A DNA stretch of 64,000 bases from Eledone cirrhosa (lineage: Eukaryota): contig OZ024743.1 of NCBI GenBank assembly GCA_964016885.1, positions 16,430,001 to 16,494,000 on the forward strand. The letters run 5' to 3'. The notes below the pieces were generated by a model. That model ran no database searches, was not told the DNA's origin, and worked only from the letters and a program-made list of their open reading frames with translations. Every line of letters begins with the position of its first letter. The stretch's first letter is position 1. Of the stretch, positions 26,708 through 40,247 are shown piece after piece. A program made the position numbers and the translations under genes.

Positions 26708-28600
26708 GAGAAAACTGAGAAGATCTTGGTGAAATCTGACAAGACCAACAACCTCTATGGAGTGCAGAAAGACATGTATAATGGCCTCATACTGAAAGAG
26801 CTGAGGAAAAAGTACAAGGTAGCAGATAAGGCCGAGCTTGAGAAAATGAATGTTGAAGCATCTTGTATAATGCACGAGTTGGAAATTGAGAACAGAACAC
26901 AACCTTTCGTGCCCAGGAAACCGAAGATCAATATGAAAGATCATAAGCGGAATTTTGAAAATGACCTGCCAGTTAGATTGATCGCACCATCAAAATCGGA
27001 CCTGGGCAAATTAAGCAAAAACATTCTTGACAGGGTGATACAGCAAATTAAGAACTTGGATTGTGTATCTAACCTGAGCTTGTGGAAGGGAACTGGAGAA
27101 GTCGTTGAGTGGTTTAAGCAAATTAAATATAACAATAATAATAAGTTTATTCAACTTGATATAGCTAACTATTATTCTTCTATTACCCCTAATCTACTAA
27201 ATAAGGCACTAAACTACGCATTCAAACATACTGACCTAACTAGCAATGAAATGCATATTATATTATCGGCTAGGAAAACTTTGATAGAATTTAATGACCA
27301 ACTATGGACCAGAGCAGATAAAGATAGCAATTTTGACATTACTATGGGATCATCCGACTCAGCCCAGGTAACTGACCTTGTGGGTTTATTTTTAATCAAT
27401 TCGCTACATAGGAAAATACCCGGTACTACCGGAGGTTTATATAGAGACGACATGCTTTTACTTATTGATAATAATAACTCTGAACTAAATAGAAAATGTA
27501 AACAAATTACACAATTTTTTAATTACTTTAATCTTAAAATAGAAATTGAAAACAACCATAGAATAGTCAATTTCCTAGATATAACATTGAATGTCAACAC
27601 ATGTCTTCACTATCCTTTTCACAAGTTGAATGAAAACTTAAACTATGTAAACTTTAACTCTAACCACCCCAGATCTGTCAAAAACACTATAGTAAACTCT
27701 GTCCAAAAACGTATCTCTAGGATCTCGTCGAATAGAAAGATTTTCGACGAAAACGCCCAATACTACAATGAAGCATTAGCTAGAGCAGGATATGCTGATA
27801 AGATTGTGTACATAGATAATGATAGACAAACTAAACAAAGTAACAACTTTTTTAATTACGGCAACATCCTTAACAACTATAATAGAAAGCATTACAATAA
27901 TTCCAAAGGCCAAAAAAGAAATAGAACTAGGAACATAATTTGGTTTGCCCCCCCTTTCTCACTAAACATTAAAACCCACATCGCTAAACTATATTTTAAA
28001 GCTCTTGATAATCGCTTCCCTAGAACACATAGATATCACTCAATTTTCAATAGACATACAATTAAATTAACCTACTCATCCACCAAAAATTTAGCACAAA
28101 ATATCAATAGAATAAATAATAGGAACTTAAAACCTAGTGATAACAGCATAAATAATATACAAGTTAACAAATGTAACTGTAGAGATAGATCTAAATGTCC
28201 GTTAAATAACAACTGCTTAGTTAAAAATATAGTATACAATTGTAATGTTAATACTGACTCTAATTCTTTTAACTACGTCGGTTCCACATCGACGGAATTT
28301 AAACTTCGCTATAATAACCACAAGAATTCTTTCACAGATCCAAGTAAAAAATCTTCAACGGCACTATCAGGCGTACTATGGCAACTTAAGCTAGATAACG
28401 TTAGATATTCGACGGCTTGGAATATAGTCTCAAGAGGGATTCCTTTTAATTCATCCTCTGAGACATGTGACCTCTGCGCAGAGGAGATATTCTTTATACT
28501 AAAATCTAAAAATTCCCTTAATCTACGGACAAATTTATTCAGTTGTTGCAAACATAGATTAAACTCAACGTTTAAATATAAATTTAAATTTAAAATGTAG
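26705..28600 (+). CDS. Penelope-like element (Nematis type) RT-GIY-YIG ORF, 5'-truncated but uninterrupted
   Basis: SDKTNNLY, FIQLDIANYY, FDITMGSSDSAQV, GLYRDD, WFAPPF, CNCR..CPL, NIVY..YVGST..FKLRYNNHK, CDLCAEE; the predicted MCIYIC start lies in microsatellite. Confidence 0.92.
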   Translation, partial: LEKTEKILVKSDKTNNLYGVQKDMYNGLILKELRKKYKVADKAELEKMNVEASCIMHELEIENRTQPFVPRKPKINMKDHKRNFENDLPVRLIAPSKSDLGKLSKNILDRVIQQIKNLDCVSNLSLWKGTGEVVEWFKQIKYNNNNKFIQLDIANYYSSITPNLLNKALNYAFKHTDLTSNEMHIILSARKTLIEFNDQLWTRADKDSNFDITMGSSDSAQVTDLVGLFLINSLHRKIPGTTGGLYRDDMLLLIDNNNSELNRKCKQITQFFNYFNLKIEIENNHRIVNFLDITLNVNTCLHYPFHKLNENLNYVNFNSNHPRSVKNTIVNSVQKRISRISSNRKIFDENAQYYNEALARAGYADKIVYIDNDRQTKQSNNFFNYGNILNNYNRKHYNNSKGQKRNRTRNIIWFAPPFSLNIKTHIAKLYFKALDNRFPRTHRYHSIFNRHTIKLTYSSTKNLAQNINRINNRNLKPSDNSINNIQVNKCNCRDRSKCPLNNNCLVKNIVYNCNVNTDSNSFNYVGSTSTEFKLRYNNHKNSFTDPSKKSSTALSGVLWQLKLDNVRYSTAWNIVSRGIPFNSSSETCDLCAEEIFFILKSKNSLNLRTNLFSCCKHRLNSTFKYKFKFKM

Positions 28601-30205
28601 TATATTTAGTTTGATTTATAATTATATGGGAAACTAGCCGATAAATCTTTGATTCTCTTTTTACTCTTTTTATTTTTATTTTATTTATTTAAACATTCTT
28701 CATGAAAAATTAAGCTATCCTAAAAGTTGATGCTCCAAATATTTCGAATAAACGTTACACTAGATAAACTTCTATATTAAATATAAGAACACATGTAGAC
28801 CAAATTGGGCATCCTACACTTTTTGAAATGATCTTTGCTAGATGCGATTTGATAGATAATTTTTGGCTTTATCTGTTTTTCGACTCTGATGTTTATAATG
28901 AACTTGGCAATATATTGTCAATTAATTTTGAAGGGTTGATCTTTGTGGTTTATTTTATTTTTATTACTGTAGTATTTCCTAATTTTTATTTTTAATATTT
29001 TTAATATGTAAATTTTTTAATATGTAATATTTTTAATATGTAATATTCTTTCGTAATATTTCTTAGTTTTCTATTTTATTATTACTTATTATTATTATTG
29101 TTATTTTTAGTTTAGTTTTGTTTCCGATATATTTTATTTTTATTTTTATTAGTATATTGAAATCTGCTCTATCTTTGCTTGATAGATAATCTTGTAGAGT
29201 AGAGACAGAAATAGTAATATTGACTCTATATACACATATATGTATACTTAAATTTTTATACCGCATTGAGAATACTTTCCGTGAACTTAGGGTTTGCAGA
29301 ATTGATCATGTACATTCACATAGATGTTTGTAATTATCATATAAACATATGAATTTTTTAAAAAAAATTAAACATAAGATCATTAATTTTCACACATTGT
29401 GGATACATATCTCATTCAGGAATACTGATATTTACAATGCGGAGGCTGGTTTTGTAAATACTAATACCTCTACATTAAAACAGAGGTTTTTACGCCTCGC
29501 CTGTGTCTGGATATTTTTGAATTTTCTCTCTCTCTTTTTTTCTCTCTCTATATTTTTTCTCTACCTATATAACAGCTGGTTTTCCCTCCATATATCTCCC
29601 CTACATTAATACTAGAGCTAAACAAATAAATAAATAAATAAATGTATCATTGATACGTTATTCAACAGTCGTCCCACTACCTAGCTTTCTATATATGTAT
29701 CTATCTCTATTTCCTCTCTCTCTATATATATATATATATATATCTTTCTGTTTCTTTACATGAAGTTCTTCTCTTTATCTATCTTTCCATCTCTCTCTTT
29801 TGTTCCATGCATTTCTTCTTTTTCTTTTTCTTCGTTTTCTGTCTTTCTTTCCTTTTTTCTCTCTTTTTCTCTCTTTCTCTCTCTCTTTCTTTCTCTCTGT
29901 GTACAATTTTGTCACAACCAAATCAACCTTCTCAAATGCAAGTAGATGTTGTTACGGTATGTCGAATCTATTTATCTATAAAACTGTTTATATTGTATTT
30001 TGTCTGAGGAAGGCATAGCATATTGTTAATATGTTATCCCTGAAATATATATAATGAAATAAATATGGTTTTATAAATATAGTTTCCATTTATTTAATAT
30101 TGTAAATATACTCCAAATATTTGTCGAGTGCTTTTATATCAGTTATAAATATTTACTAGTTGTAACACAACAATTTAAATATAACTTTCCATATATATAT
30201 ATATA

Positions 30206-30600
30206 TATACTTGGGGAGTGTCATATTTGTGTAATAATATTGCCAGAATTAGTAACAGAACACACTCACTGTTTGGTTGGTTTTCGGTTCTGCTTTTATA
30301 TCGGTTAATTTAATTTATACGCTCCTCAATATTACCATTGACTGACCAACTGTCAAAAATACAGATATAATATAGACACAAACAGATATATATAGTCTGT
30401 TAGACTATATTTATATGTTTGTGTCTATAATATTATATCTGTATTTTTGACCGTTGGTCAGTCAATGGTAACATTGAGGACCGAATAAATTAAATTAACC
30501 GATATAAAGGACACAGAAGCGAAAACCAACCAAACAGTGAGTGTGCTCTGTTATTAATTCTGGCAATATTATTACACAAATATGACCCTCCCCAAGTATA
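30206..30600. repeat. ~395-bp foldback palindrome
   Basis: tatacttgggg...atatagtc tgtta gactatat...ccccaagtata; arms ~195 bp, tiny spacer near 30400. Confidence 0.9.
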
Positions 30601-30678
30601 ACAATATTTGTTTCGACACACGATTTCATATCAAGAACCTCGCAAAACTAATTCATCGCCGTTATATATATATATATC

Positions 30679-30865
30679 GGGCGGTGGATTGGCAGTATCG
30701 GTAGAGAGTCGGACGCCATGCTTTGCAGCATACTTACGTCCCTTTACGATCTGAGTTCAAATCCCGCCGAGGTTGACTTTGCCTTTCATCCTTACGGGGT
30801 CGATAAAATAAAGTACCAGTAATGCACTGGGTAATTTGCTGGCCTTGTGCCAAATGTAGAAACAG

Positions 30866-30866
<1 letters not shown>
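30679..30866 (+). mobile_element. SINE family A, full length, in (TA)n
   Basis: Head gggcggtggattggcagtatcgg, B box gagttcaaatcc, conserved core and tail. Confidence 0.9.
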
Positions 30867-30915
<49 letters not shown>

Positions 30916-31021
30916 CATTTCAGGTTATCAATAATGTAGTGATAATATATCGTTACGTTAGAGATGGACAGCGTACGTGCAGGTTTGCTCAACGAATATA
31001 AATTATATTCCGGAGAAAATG

Positions 31022-33790
31022 TAGAAAGGATGAATATAAAATGAAAGTGCTTTTTTTAAAAAAGGAATTTATTAGGTATTGACATATGTTTCTGTAACAG
31101 ACTGAATACCTATGTATCGCTGCTTGCGTAATCATATAATGTTAGCAAGTATTCGATAGCAAATGTATAATCAGTTGTCACTTCTTCAGAGAGTTTGGAT
31201 AAATTGGATCAAATCAGAAAAATTGAAGTATTTATATTAGTAAAAGAGGAAGAAACAGAGGGGAGAGTATATGACAGATGGTAAATTAATTTACTGCTAA
31301 ACAAGTATATAATGGGTTTCTAATGATAATACCATGAGTAAATCTAAATAAGAATTTTGGGAGTGCCAATTTTAATCTCTACTCGACCAACTGGACAGTG
31401 GACAGGGCTGGTCATTTGGTGCAGTAGTATTAATTATAAAGTGTCAATTAGGGAAGGGGGAGATTTCGATTGCTACTAAATAACATCAATGCTAGTAGCC
31501 AGCTGGTATATGCATTAGAGAATTGAATCAAGAAATCAGAAATCTCATTTTATCTATAGCAGTTTGTATTAAAAGGTAAATAATAGAAGAGTTGATAGAA
31601 TTAAGACTAATAAAGAATGTTAATATCTATTTTGACAATCAAACGGGAATAGAGACAGGCGTTCAATCCTGGTAGTATTTATAATATGAAAATGTAGATT
31701 TTAAGCGATGGTTACAGTATAACGATCGCTCTATTCTGTTATTTAATAAAATGTTTTTGGATTTCATAATACAAAATAATTCTACATTACATAATTTACA
31801 AAATTCCTGTCCATGGGATATGGGGGGGGGGGGCAGTCGCTACTATATCCCATTTTAGGTGAAATTGTTGGTTATTTTCACGCAGCTGCCAAGCCTTGTC
31901 TGTGAGTGTTGTTACATAACGCTGGTTTTCATGTTTTATCGAGTAACGATGTCTATAAAGACGTGATTTGAAGGAGGTGGCTGTAGATCCCACATAGTAC
32001 CACTTCTGTCTATCCGATTCGATAGTACATTTGTATACGATGTTGCGTTCAAAACACTGATTGTTCAACGGACACATTCCTGGTTGGACACAGTTGCAAT
32101 TATAATTTTGCGTTGTTGTATTGCCATGGATGGGTTGATGAGGTTGCTTATGTAGGACAAGATGTTGTTTGTTGTTTTGTGATGTTATAGCTAATGTTTT
32201 ACGTGTATTGTTATGTGTTGGAAGGCGTTTATACAACCGTTTTGCGTTAAGCTTTTTTATATGTTGTTCAATATTAGGGGCGGTTGAATATGAAAGTCGA
32301 ATAGTGTTAGGGTTTAATATTTTATTATATTTATGTGATGTTGGAAAGTGTTTTTTAACTAATCGAAAGAATTTTGAGGGTAGATTGGTTTTAATAGAGT
32401 TGTTATAGACCGGGTTGTACCAAATATACTCCTTACATCGCCTTCTGTTTGGTGGTGTGCGACTATTATTGTGTCTATTGCAGTAGTGTATGTATGGTGG
32501 TGATTCTGTGCTATTTCTACTCCTATGTGATTTATTTTGAGTGTTTTGGTGATCTTTGACTATATACTCTATATTATCTAGGTGACCGGCTTTCCTAAGT
32601 GCATCATCATAATATTCGGCATGTTCTTTGAAGGTTTGTTGGTTGGACGACAGGCGGGAGATTCTAAGAGAAACATTTCTAGGGATGGATTTAATTATAG
32701 AGAGTGGATGGTTAGAACTCGTATTTACATATTTAAGGTTCTCATTTAGTTTATGGAACGGTTTAATCGTATCTGTATTGAGATTGAAAGTAACATCAAG
32801 GAAATTGACCTCTTTGAGGTTATATTCAAATGTAATATTTAATCCTAGTTCCTTAAAAAGCTTTCTGATATTTTTACGCATCCTTTCTAAATTCAGGTTA
32901 TTCATATGCTTAACTAATAGGAGCGCATCGTCACGGTAGATTCCACCGTGGAGATCCTTGAATTTTCCTTGTAATCTGTGGGTGATATAAATTCCCACAA
33001 GATCTGTTACTTCCGCCGAATCATTAGAACCCATAGTGATATCAAAATTAGAAGGTCTATCTTTGAGAACCCAGTAGCTATCATTGAATTTAACTATAGT
33101 TTTCCTCGCTTCCATAATAATTTTAATTTCAGCATCCGTAAGGTCGGAATTATCCTTAGCGAACGAAAGAGCTTCATGATTGTCAAAATAGATATTAACA
33201 TTCTTTATTAGTCTTAATTCTATCAACTCTTCTATTATTTACCTATTAATACAAACTGCTATAGATAAAATGAGATTTCTGATTTCTTGATTCAATTCCC
33301 TAATGCATATATCAGCTGGCTACTAGCATTGATGTTATTTAGTAGCAATCGAAATCTCCCCCTTCCCCAATTGACACTTTATAATTAATACTACTGCACC
33401 AAATGACCAGCCCTGTCCACTGTCCAGTTGGTCGAGTAGAGATTAAAATTGGCACTCCCAAAATTCTTATTTAGATTTACTCATGGTATTATCATTAGAA
33501 ACCCAGTATATACTTGTTTAGCAGTAAATTAATTTACCATCTGTCATATACTATCCCCTCTGTTTCTTCCTCTTTTACTAATATAAATACTTCAATTTTT
33601 TGATTTTATCCAATTTATCCAAAACCTCTGAAGAAGTGAGAACTGATTATACATTTGCTATCGAATACTTGCTAACATTATATGATTACGCAAGCAGCGA
33701 TACATAGGTATTCAGTCTGTTACAGAAACATATGTCAATACCTAATAAATTCCTTTTTAAAAAAAAGCACTTTCATTTTATATTCATCCT

Positions 33791-33795
<5 letters not shown>
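31022..33795 (-). mobile_element. 5'-truncated Nematis-type PLE with ~620-bp inverted terminal copy
   Basis: 31022-31641 is inverted at 33177-33795; RT/GIY-YIG coding region lies between. Confidence 0.92.
31670..33176 (-). pseudogene. PLE RT (partial) + GIY-YIG, frameshift in poly-G ~31821-31833
   Basis: FDITMGSNDSAEV, GIYRDD, WYNPVY, CNC..CPL, NIVY..YVGST..FKSRLYRH; CKLC motif continues in another frame after the homopolymer. Confidence 0.9.
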
Positions 33796-33835
<40 letters not shown>

Positions 33836-33836
<1 letters not shown>

Positions 33837-36012
33837 TTATTAAAATAACATTAACATTTAAACAAAGAATCGCTGCTTTCAGGCTTAACGGGATCTTCTG
33901 AAACTAACAAACTCAATCTGTGAACGCAAAAGTGAATATTTCAAAAAACGTTGCAACCGGAGGAAGACAGGAGGACGATACTTTGGTTCGTGGAATCGTT
34001 CCCTGGCAAAGAACGGGAAAAAACGAATATAATATGTCATTATTTGGAGCGGTGAAAAACAATTACACGCAAAGACAAAACCACGTTTATGGTATAAAAG
34101 AAGTCATAGACTAATATCCTATTAGGTGGTTCATAGAGACGTTCTCTGGCAATGAACTGAAAAAACGAAAATAATACGTCATATGTGGAGCGGGGAGAAC
34201 ATTTGCACGCAAAGACAACACCACGTAAATGGTATAACTGAAGTCGTAGACTAAAGTTCTAACTAGGAAACCGAATGAATCTCGGCTTCAGAGTTAAAAA
34301 TAAAGTAAATAAAATACAGAGGAAATAACGGAAATAAAAGACCATGTGACCTCTGCGCCGAATACAAACACTTGGAGATCCTAGCTAGGGCTAGATCGTA
34401 TAACGGAAATAAAACACCATGTGACCTCTGCGCCGAATACAAACACTGGGAGATCCTAGCTAGGCCTAGATCGTATAACGGAATTAAAAGACTATGTGAA
34501 CTCTGCGCCGAATACAAACACTGGGAGATCCTAGCTAGGCCTAGATCGTATAACGGAAATAAAAGACCATGTGACCTCTGCGCCGAATACAAACACTGGG
34601 AGATCCTAGCTTGGGCTAGATCGTATAACAGAAATAAAAGACCATGTGACCTCTGCGCCAAATAAAAACACTGGAAGATCCTAGCTAGGGTTAGATCGTA
34701 TAACGGAAATAAAACACCATGTGACCTCTACGCCGAATACAAACACTGGGAGATCCTAGCTAGGCCTAGATCGTATAACGGAAATAAAAGAGCACGTGAC
34801 CTCTGCGCCGAATACAAACACTGGGAGTTCCTAGCCAGGGCTAGATCGTATAACAGAAATAAAAGACCATGTGACCTCTGCGCCGAATACAAACACTGGA
34901 ATATCCTAGCTAGGGTTAGATCGTATAACGGAAATACAAGACTATGTGACCTCTGCGCCGTATACAAACACTGGGAGATCCTACCTAGGGCTAGATCGTA
35001 TAACAGAAATAAAAGACCATACGATCTCTGCGCCGCTGAGGCCTGGAAATATTCTACGCCAAAGCCCGCATCTTAAACAAAAAATCTGAGGCAATTTCGG
35101 CTTGTAAACAAATTTCACAAAACTTTCCTGTATTACAGCCCCACATTATACCCTAACGGATAGTACGAACTATACGCGGATATTTTACATCTTCATGTGG
35201 GAGCTAATTATATGTTATGTTTATACCATTACTTATTTGTATAGGTAAGTATATAATACCTGTATGTTCTGTAAAGGTACGTATACTTTTTCGTACGTAT
35301 ATTTGATTGTATATGTTATGGCGTATATATTATATATTCTGGTACATATGCTTTTGGTTATGTGTATACGTGAGTTTTGTGTTTGTGTGAGTATGCGGGT
35401 TCGTACGTATGTAGGGTGTATGTATATGTGTACTTTGTGTTTGGGTTGACGTCGTCTACGAACATATGTGTATTTACATGTAGGTATGCGTGTGCGCTGT
35501 TATATACGTATTTATTTATATACGTTTATTTAATTATATGTATACACGCACACACACACATATATATATATTCTTTTCATATATATTTTATGTATATTTG
35601 GTGTATACATTCGTATGCATGCGGGTACAGGTGTTGGTGTGGGCTCTGTATGTGCGTTTTTTTGTGTACGCGCATGTATTTGTACACCTATGGCGAGTAT
35701 TTTCGCGTATGATTGTGTATGTACGTATATGGATGCGTGTATGTATTTATTTAATTTCAATTATCTCTGCATTTTATTTACTTTATTCTTAACTCTGAAG
35801 CCGATAATCATTCGGTGTCCTAGTTAGAATTTCTACGACTTCAGTTACACCATTTACGTGGTTTTGTCTTTGCGTGCAATTGTTCTCCTCGCATCACATA
35901 TGACGTATTATCTTCGTTGTTTCCGTTCATTGCCAGAGAACGTCTCTATAAGCCATCTAATAGAATATTAGTCTACGACTTCTTTTATACCATAAACGTG
36001 GTTTTGTCTTTG
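33836..36012 (+). mobile_element. Rearranged 3' fragment of the Nematis family seen at 20.8-23.2 kb, with inverted 5' pLTR
   Basis: 33836-34010 is inverted to 23035-23203; 34071-34322 is inverted to 35762-36012; 35036-35243 matches 22822-23032. Confidence 0.85.
34325..35035 (+). repeat. ~9.5 tandem 75-bp units derived from the GIY-YIG C-terminal coding sequence
   Basis: Unit starts at 34366, 34441, 34516 ... 34966; encodes HWEILARARSYNGNKRPCDLCAEYK; single copy at ~22750-22823. Confidence 0.95.
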
Positions 36013-39000
36013 ATTCAACAGAATCAGAAAGAATTATAAAGGAGATATCATCGAAATTATCAACACTTATCACGATGATGGACACACAATCCTCTATTTT
36101 AAAGGAAATAGAAAAACAATCTACAGACGGAAAACTTATAACTGAACATATAAACTCTGAAATTAAGAATTTAGCTGAAATTATACCAACAGTTATCAAA
36201 GATACAAGAGAAAGCCTACCACAACCCCCTTCGTGTCAGAAATAAACGAAAGAAATTTGGAAAACAAAACACATCGAATAAGAAAAGAAATGTGGAAGAC
36301 ATGGAAAAAATTCCTTAACATAAGAAAACAAAATTTCTGGAAGGCATACAAATGCGAAAAGTATGTCGAAACACATTCGAAATGGCTCTCTCTAACGGCA
36401 CCCATACTGCCTCGTAAATACCTAATTACAGAAATTGCAGGAGAACCAGAAGAAGAAACAAAACTCCGATGGGAACTTACATTGACAATATTCAGGACCG
36501 ACATCTCCATTTCTGAATGTAAACAATCCCGCTACAAAGCCAAATATGAAGCTATTGATGACCAAATTGAAGTTGAAATTCAAAGCTAACGACTGGTATT
36601 ATAGCTGAAAAACTCCGAGAACTATGGATCAGAGATATCTCAAAAGAAGAAAACAAATCAAGAAAGGTATGGCAGCAGAAACAATTATTTCTCGACGAAT
36701 ATGCTGCAAATTACGGTAAAGACTCTGGAACCCTGAGAAAAAGCATTAAAAGTGGACAATCTCATCAACACAACATACGCCAGAACACGTGCCAACACAA
36801 ACACTCACATTACCTTGAATCAAAGAAGAACTACGGTAATAACTCTTCGCTTTTTCTACAAAAACACCCTAACGCACACAACATGAACAAAAAGCACAAA
36901 CACAATAGATATTATTTTGACCAGACCATGAGAAGTAGTAAAACCAGGAGATCATTCTCAAGATCTCAACAGAGACTACCCGCAAGGAACGGGGAAACAA
37001 AACATAGAATAACCAGATCACTCTCAAGATCTCAACAGAGATTGCCCACAAGAAACTGGACGAAAAAACGATATAAACCTGAAAGCAAACCTAGGTCATT
37101 TCCCCAGATTGTTAAAAATAATGCTAACAGGAAGAAAAATAATATACAGAATACCAAAAATAGGACAAAATACATAACGAAACCAAATATAATATCACGA
37201 CCCAAAGTTCATCAAGCGAACACCAACAGGAATATAAATCCTGAACAGAGAAAAATCCATTTTTTAACGTCAGGACAACAAAAACCGGAAAAAGAAGAAC
37301 TCCAGGATGAAATATACCCAAAACAACTGTACACGTAGATCCTAAAATAATTAATTTATCTAAAAAGAGATCTTGACAATGATGAAATGCAAATTCTGTC
37401 AAAAGGACTGAATTCACACCGACTCCAACAGTCAACCACCAAGAACTGAAGGAGAATACCCAAGAATTCTGTCGAAAATTACGTCTTGTAGAATTCTTCG
37501 CTGATAAAAGTAATGAGAGTGATGAATAACTAGTAAAGAATAAATCAAATTTCACTCCGCCAAAAGGAAGAAATATCTATCTCGAGCAATACATTGACAT
37601 CCTGTCTAAATTTCCTCCTAGACGTAATATTAATGTTAGGCCAAACATTAACAAATCAGAAATGTCTGCACTTAAACGTATACAAAATGATAAAACAATA
37701 ATAATTAAACAAGCAGATAAAGGGGGTGCAGTTGTTATAATGGATACTGAATACTACAAGGATTTGGTTGAGGAACAACTGAAAGACACAACATTCTATC
37801 ATGAAATACCGTCAAATATAGACCACAACATCATGAAGAAGATCAACAACCTGGCTTCAAAATACCACAACTCACTTACTGATAAGGAAAGAGACTACAT
37901 CACCAATTTTGAGCCAAAACCCAGCAACCTGTATGGCCTACCGAAAGTTCATAATCAAAAGAAATACAACTGGCAGTAAGAGAACAAAACAGTGAGTACA
38001 TTAAATTATTACACCCAAAAGACTTAAAACTTAGACCTATTATAGCTGGTCCAACATGCCCCACCCACCGTCTAAGCGATTTTGTTGACATTATTTTGAA
38101 ACCACTATGTATTCACATACACAGTTTCATCCGTGATGATATCGACTTCCTGTCCCATCTTCCCAAAACCACGGAAACGAATTCACTTCTACTCAGTTTT
38201 CATGTGGTAAGCCTTTACACCAACATTACACATGATTTAGGAATAAAGGCGGTTAAATACTAGGTGGAAAAACATAGAGAAGGGATTCCCATCAGATTCA
38301 CAGCGCCATTTATATTAGACGCAGTTAAACTTATTCTGGAAAACAACACTTTCTTCTTCAATGGAAAGAATTACATCCGAATTAGAGGCACAGCGATGGA
38401 AACGAAGTTTGCTCCCGTTTACGCGAACTCTGTAATGGGATACTTAGAACAACAACTCTACCAAGAAATACAAGAAAAATATAGTACTGACTTTAGAAAG
38501 TACATTGAAAAATCTTGGAAGAGATACCTTGACGACTGTTTCATCATCTGGACAGAATCTCTAGATACTCTGGATGAGTTCAATATCCTCCTGAATAACC
38601 TACACCCATCTCTCCAATTCACAAAAGAGATGAGTAGGACCAAATTACCATTCCTAGATATAATGATAATCAAAAACGACACCACCATTACCACGGATAT
38701 ATATTATAAACACACAGACACCCATCAATATCTGAATTTTAAGTCGTGCCATCCACCTCATACAAATCGCAATATCCCATACTGCCTAGCCAGAATAATT
38801 TGTACCATTGTAGAAGATACGAATACCAGGTACAGCCGCCTAACAGAACTAAGAGAATTTTTGCTCAAACAAAAATACCCATCTCTACTTATAGAAAATG
38901 GCATACAGCGGGCTATAAAAATACCTATACAACCACTTAGGACAACCCAAGGAAGAAGAAACCAAGAACTGGTCATACCATTTATAATGAGATACAACCC

Positions 39001-39618
39001 ATGTCACCAGAATATCTTCAACACTGCCAAAGCAAACCTACCGATCATTGCTCAAAGTAATGAATTAAAAGGCTTAATCACAGATCGATCTTTGACTCTT
39101 AGTAAAAGACAGCCGAAAAAGTTGAAGCAATTACTAACAAAAGCAAAGTTTGACCTTAACAACAAAGACCAATCATTCACTGTATCTAAATGCAATGATA
39201 GTCGATGCGGCACATGTCAATCCCTACACGCCGGTCAATATATGAAAACAAAAACTGGAAAAATATTCCCAAATGCAATTATGAACTGCAAAAGCAGAAA
39301 TCTAATTTACTGCATTAAATGCCCGAATTGTGAAGAACTATATGTCGGTCAAACTGGAAATGCACTATCGGAACGTGCACGGGTACACCGTCAACAAATC
39401 AGAGACCCACATGTCCGTTAGATACCCCTAAGTAACCATCTAGCAACATGTGGTCAGGGAATATTTATAATATTCCCATTCTACAAATTACACAGCCCGA
39501 GTGAAATCAAGAGAAAAATCAAAGAAAAGAATGTTATTGATAAATTCAAACCCAAGCTAAATGAACAATAATAACGCTTAGGGGTATTACTTCTACTACC
39601 ACTATGACTACGACCACT

Positions 39619-39663
<45 letters not shown>

Positions 39664-40129
39664 AATAATAATAATAAAAGTGATGTTGATGGTGATGATT
39701 AATAGAAAATGCTATTTTCATCATTTCTAAAAATAGCAAAACAATTGATGCTTTGGATATGATCAATTATTGGTCGTTAGACATGCTCAACCAACCGTGA
39801 CGCTTAAACCAATCAGCTTTAGTAATTCAGCGAAACTACACACTGATTGGTCGAAATACAGTTTGCAGGGCTTAGCATTCTGGAGCCACTTTTCCCTGTA
39901 TAAAATGTATAAAAGGTAGGAAATTTACCCATCTTATTACAGTTGAAAATTGCAAACTTGTCTGTCACCACATATTATGAACCCGAAGATTGCGAAAGCA
40001 TGAAAGTACTTGTTCAATTAACACTTAGAATTTAATATTCCATCATACTATTTCATTATAATACCATTATCAATTTTAAAGGATTGTAAATAAAACGAGT
40101 AAATCAGACAACGTTGGAATTCCTCTTAT

Positions 40130-40130
<1 letters not shown>
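36013..40130 (+). mobile_element. Penelope-like element, Neptune type, degraded
   Basis: IINLS..FTPTP, IKQADKGGAVV, LYGLPKVH, RPII, GTAM.TKFAP.YAN, RYLDD, LPFLD, CxxxRCxxC, NLIYCIKC..C..LYVGQT (GIY-YIG); stops and frameshifts; long basic N-terminal region; HHR near 3' end; ends at (TA)n. Confidence 0.9.
39978..40016 (+). ncRNA. Minimal type I hammerhead, CCGAAGA core, in Neptune 3' pLTR
   Basis: tgaac CCGAAGA t tgc gaaa gca t GAAA gtac TT gttca; palindromic AGTACT stem III. Confidence 0.7.
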
Positions 40131-40213
<83 letters not shown>

Positions 40214-40247
40214 TGGTTAGATTATCAATATTAGTATTATTGGGGCA

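Noticed and set aside
34325-35035. CRISPR-like appearance of the regular short repeats
   Set aside because: Units are contiguous with no unique spacers, derive from PLE coding sequence, and no cas genes are present.
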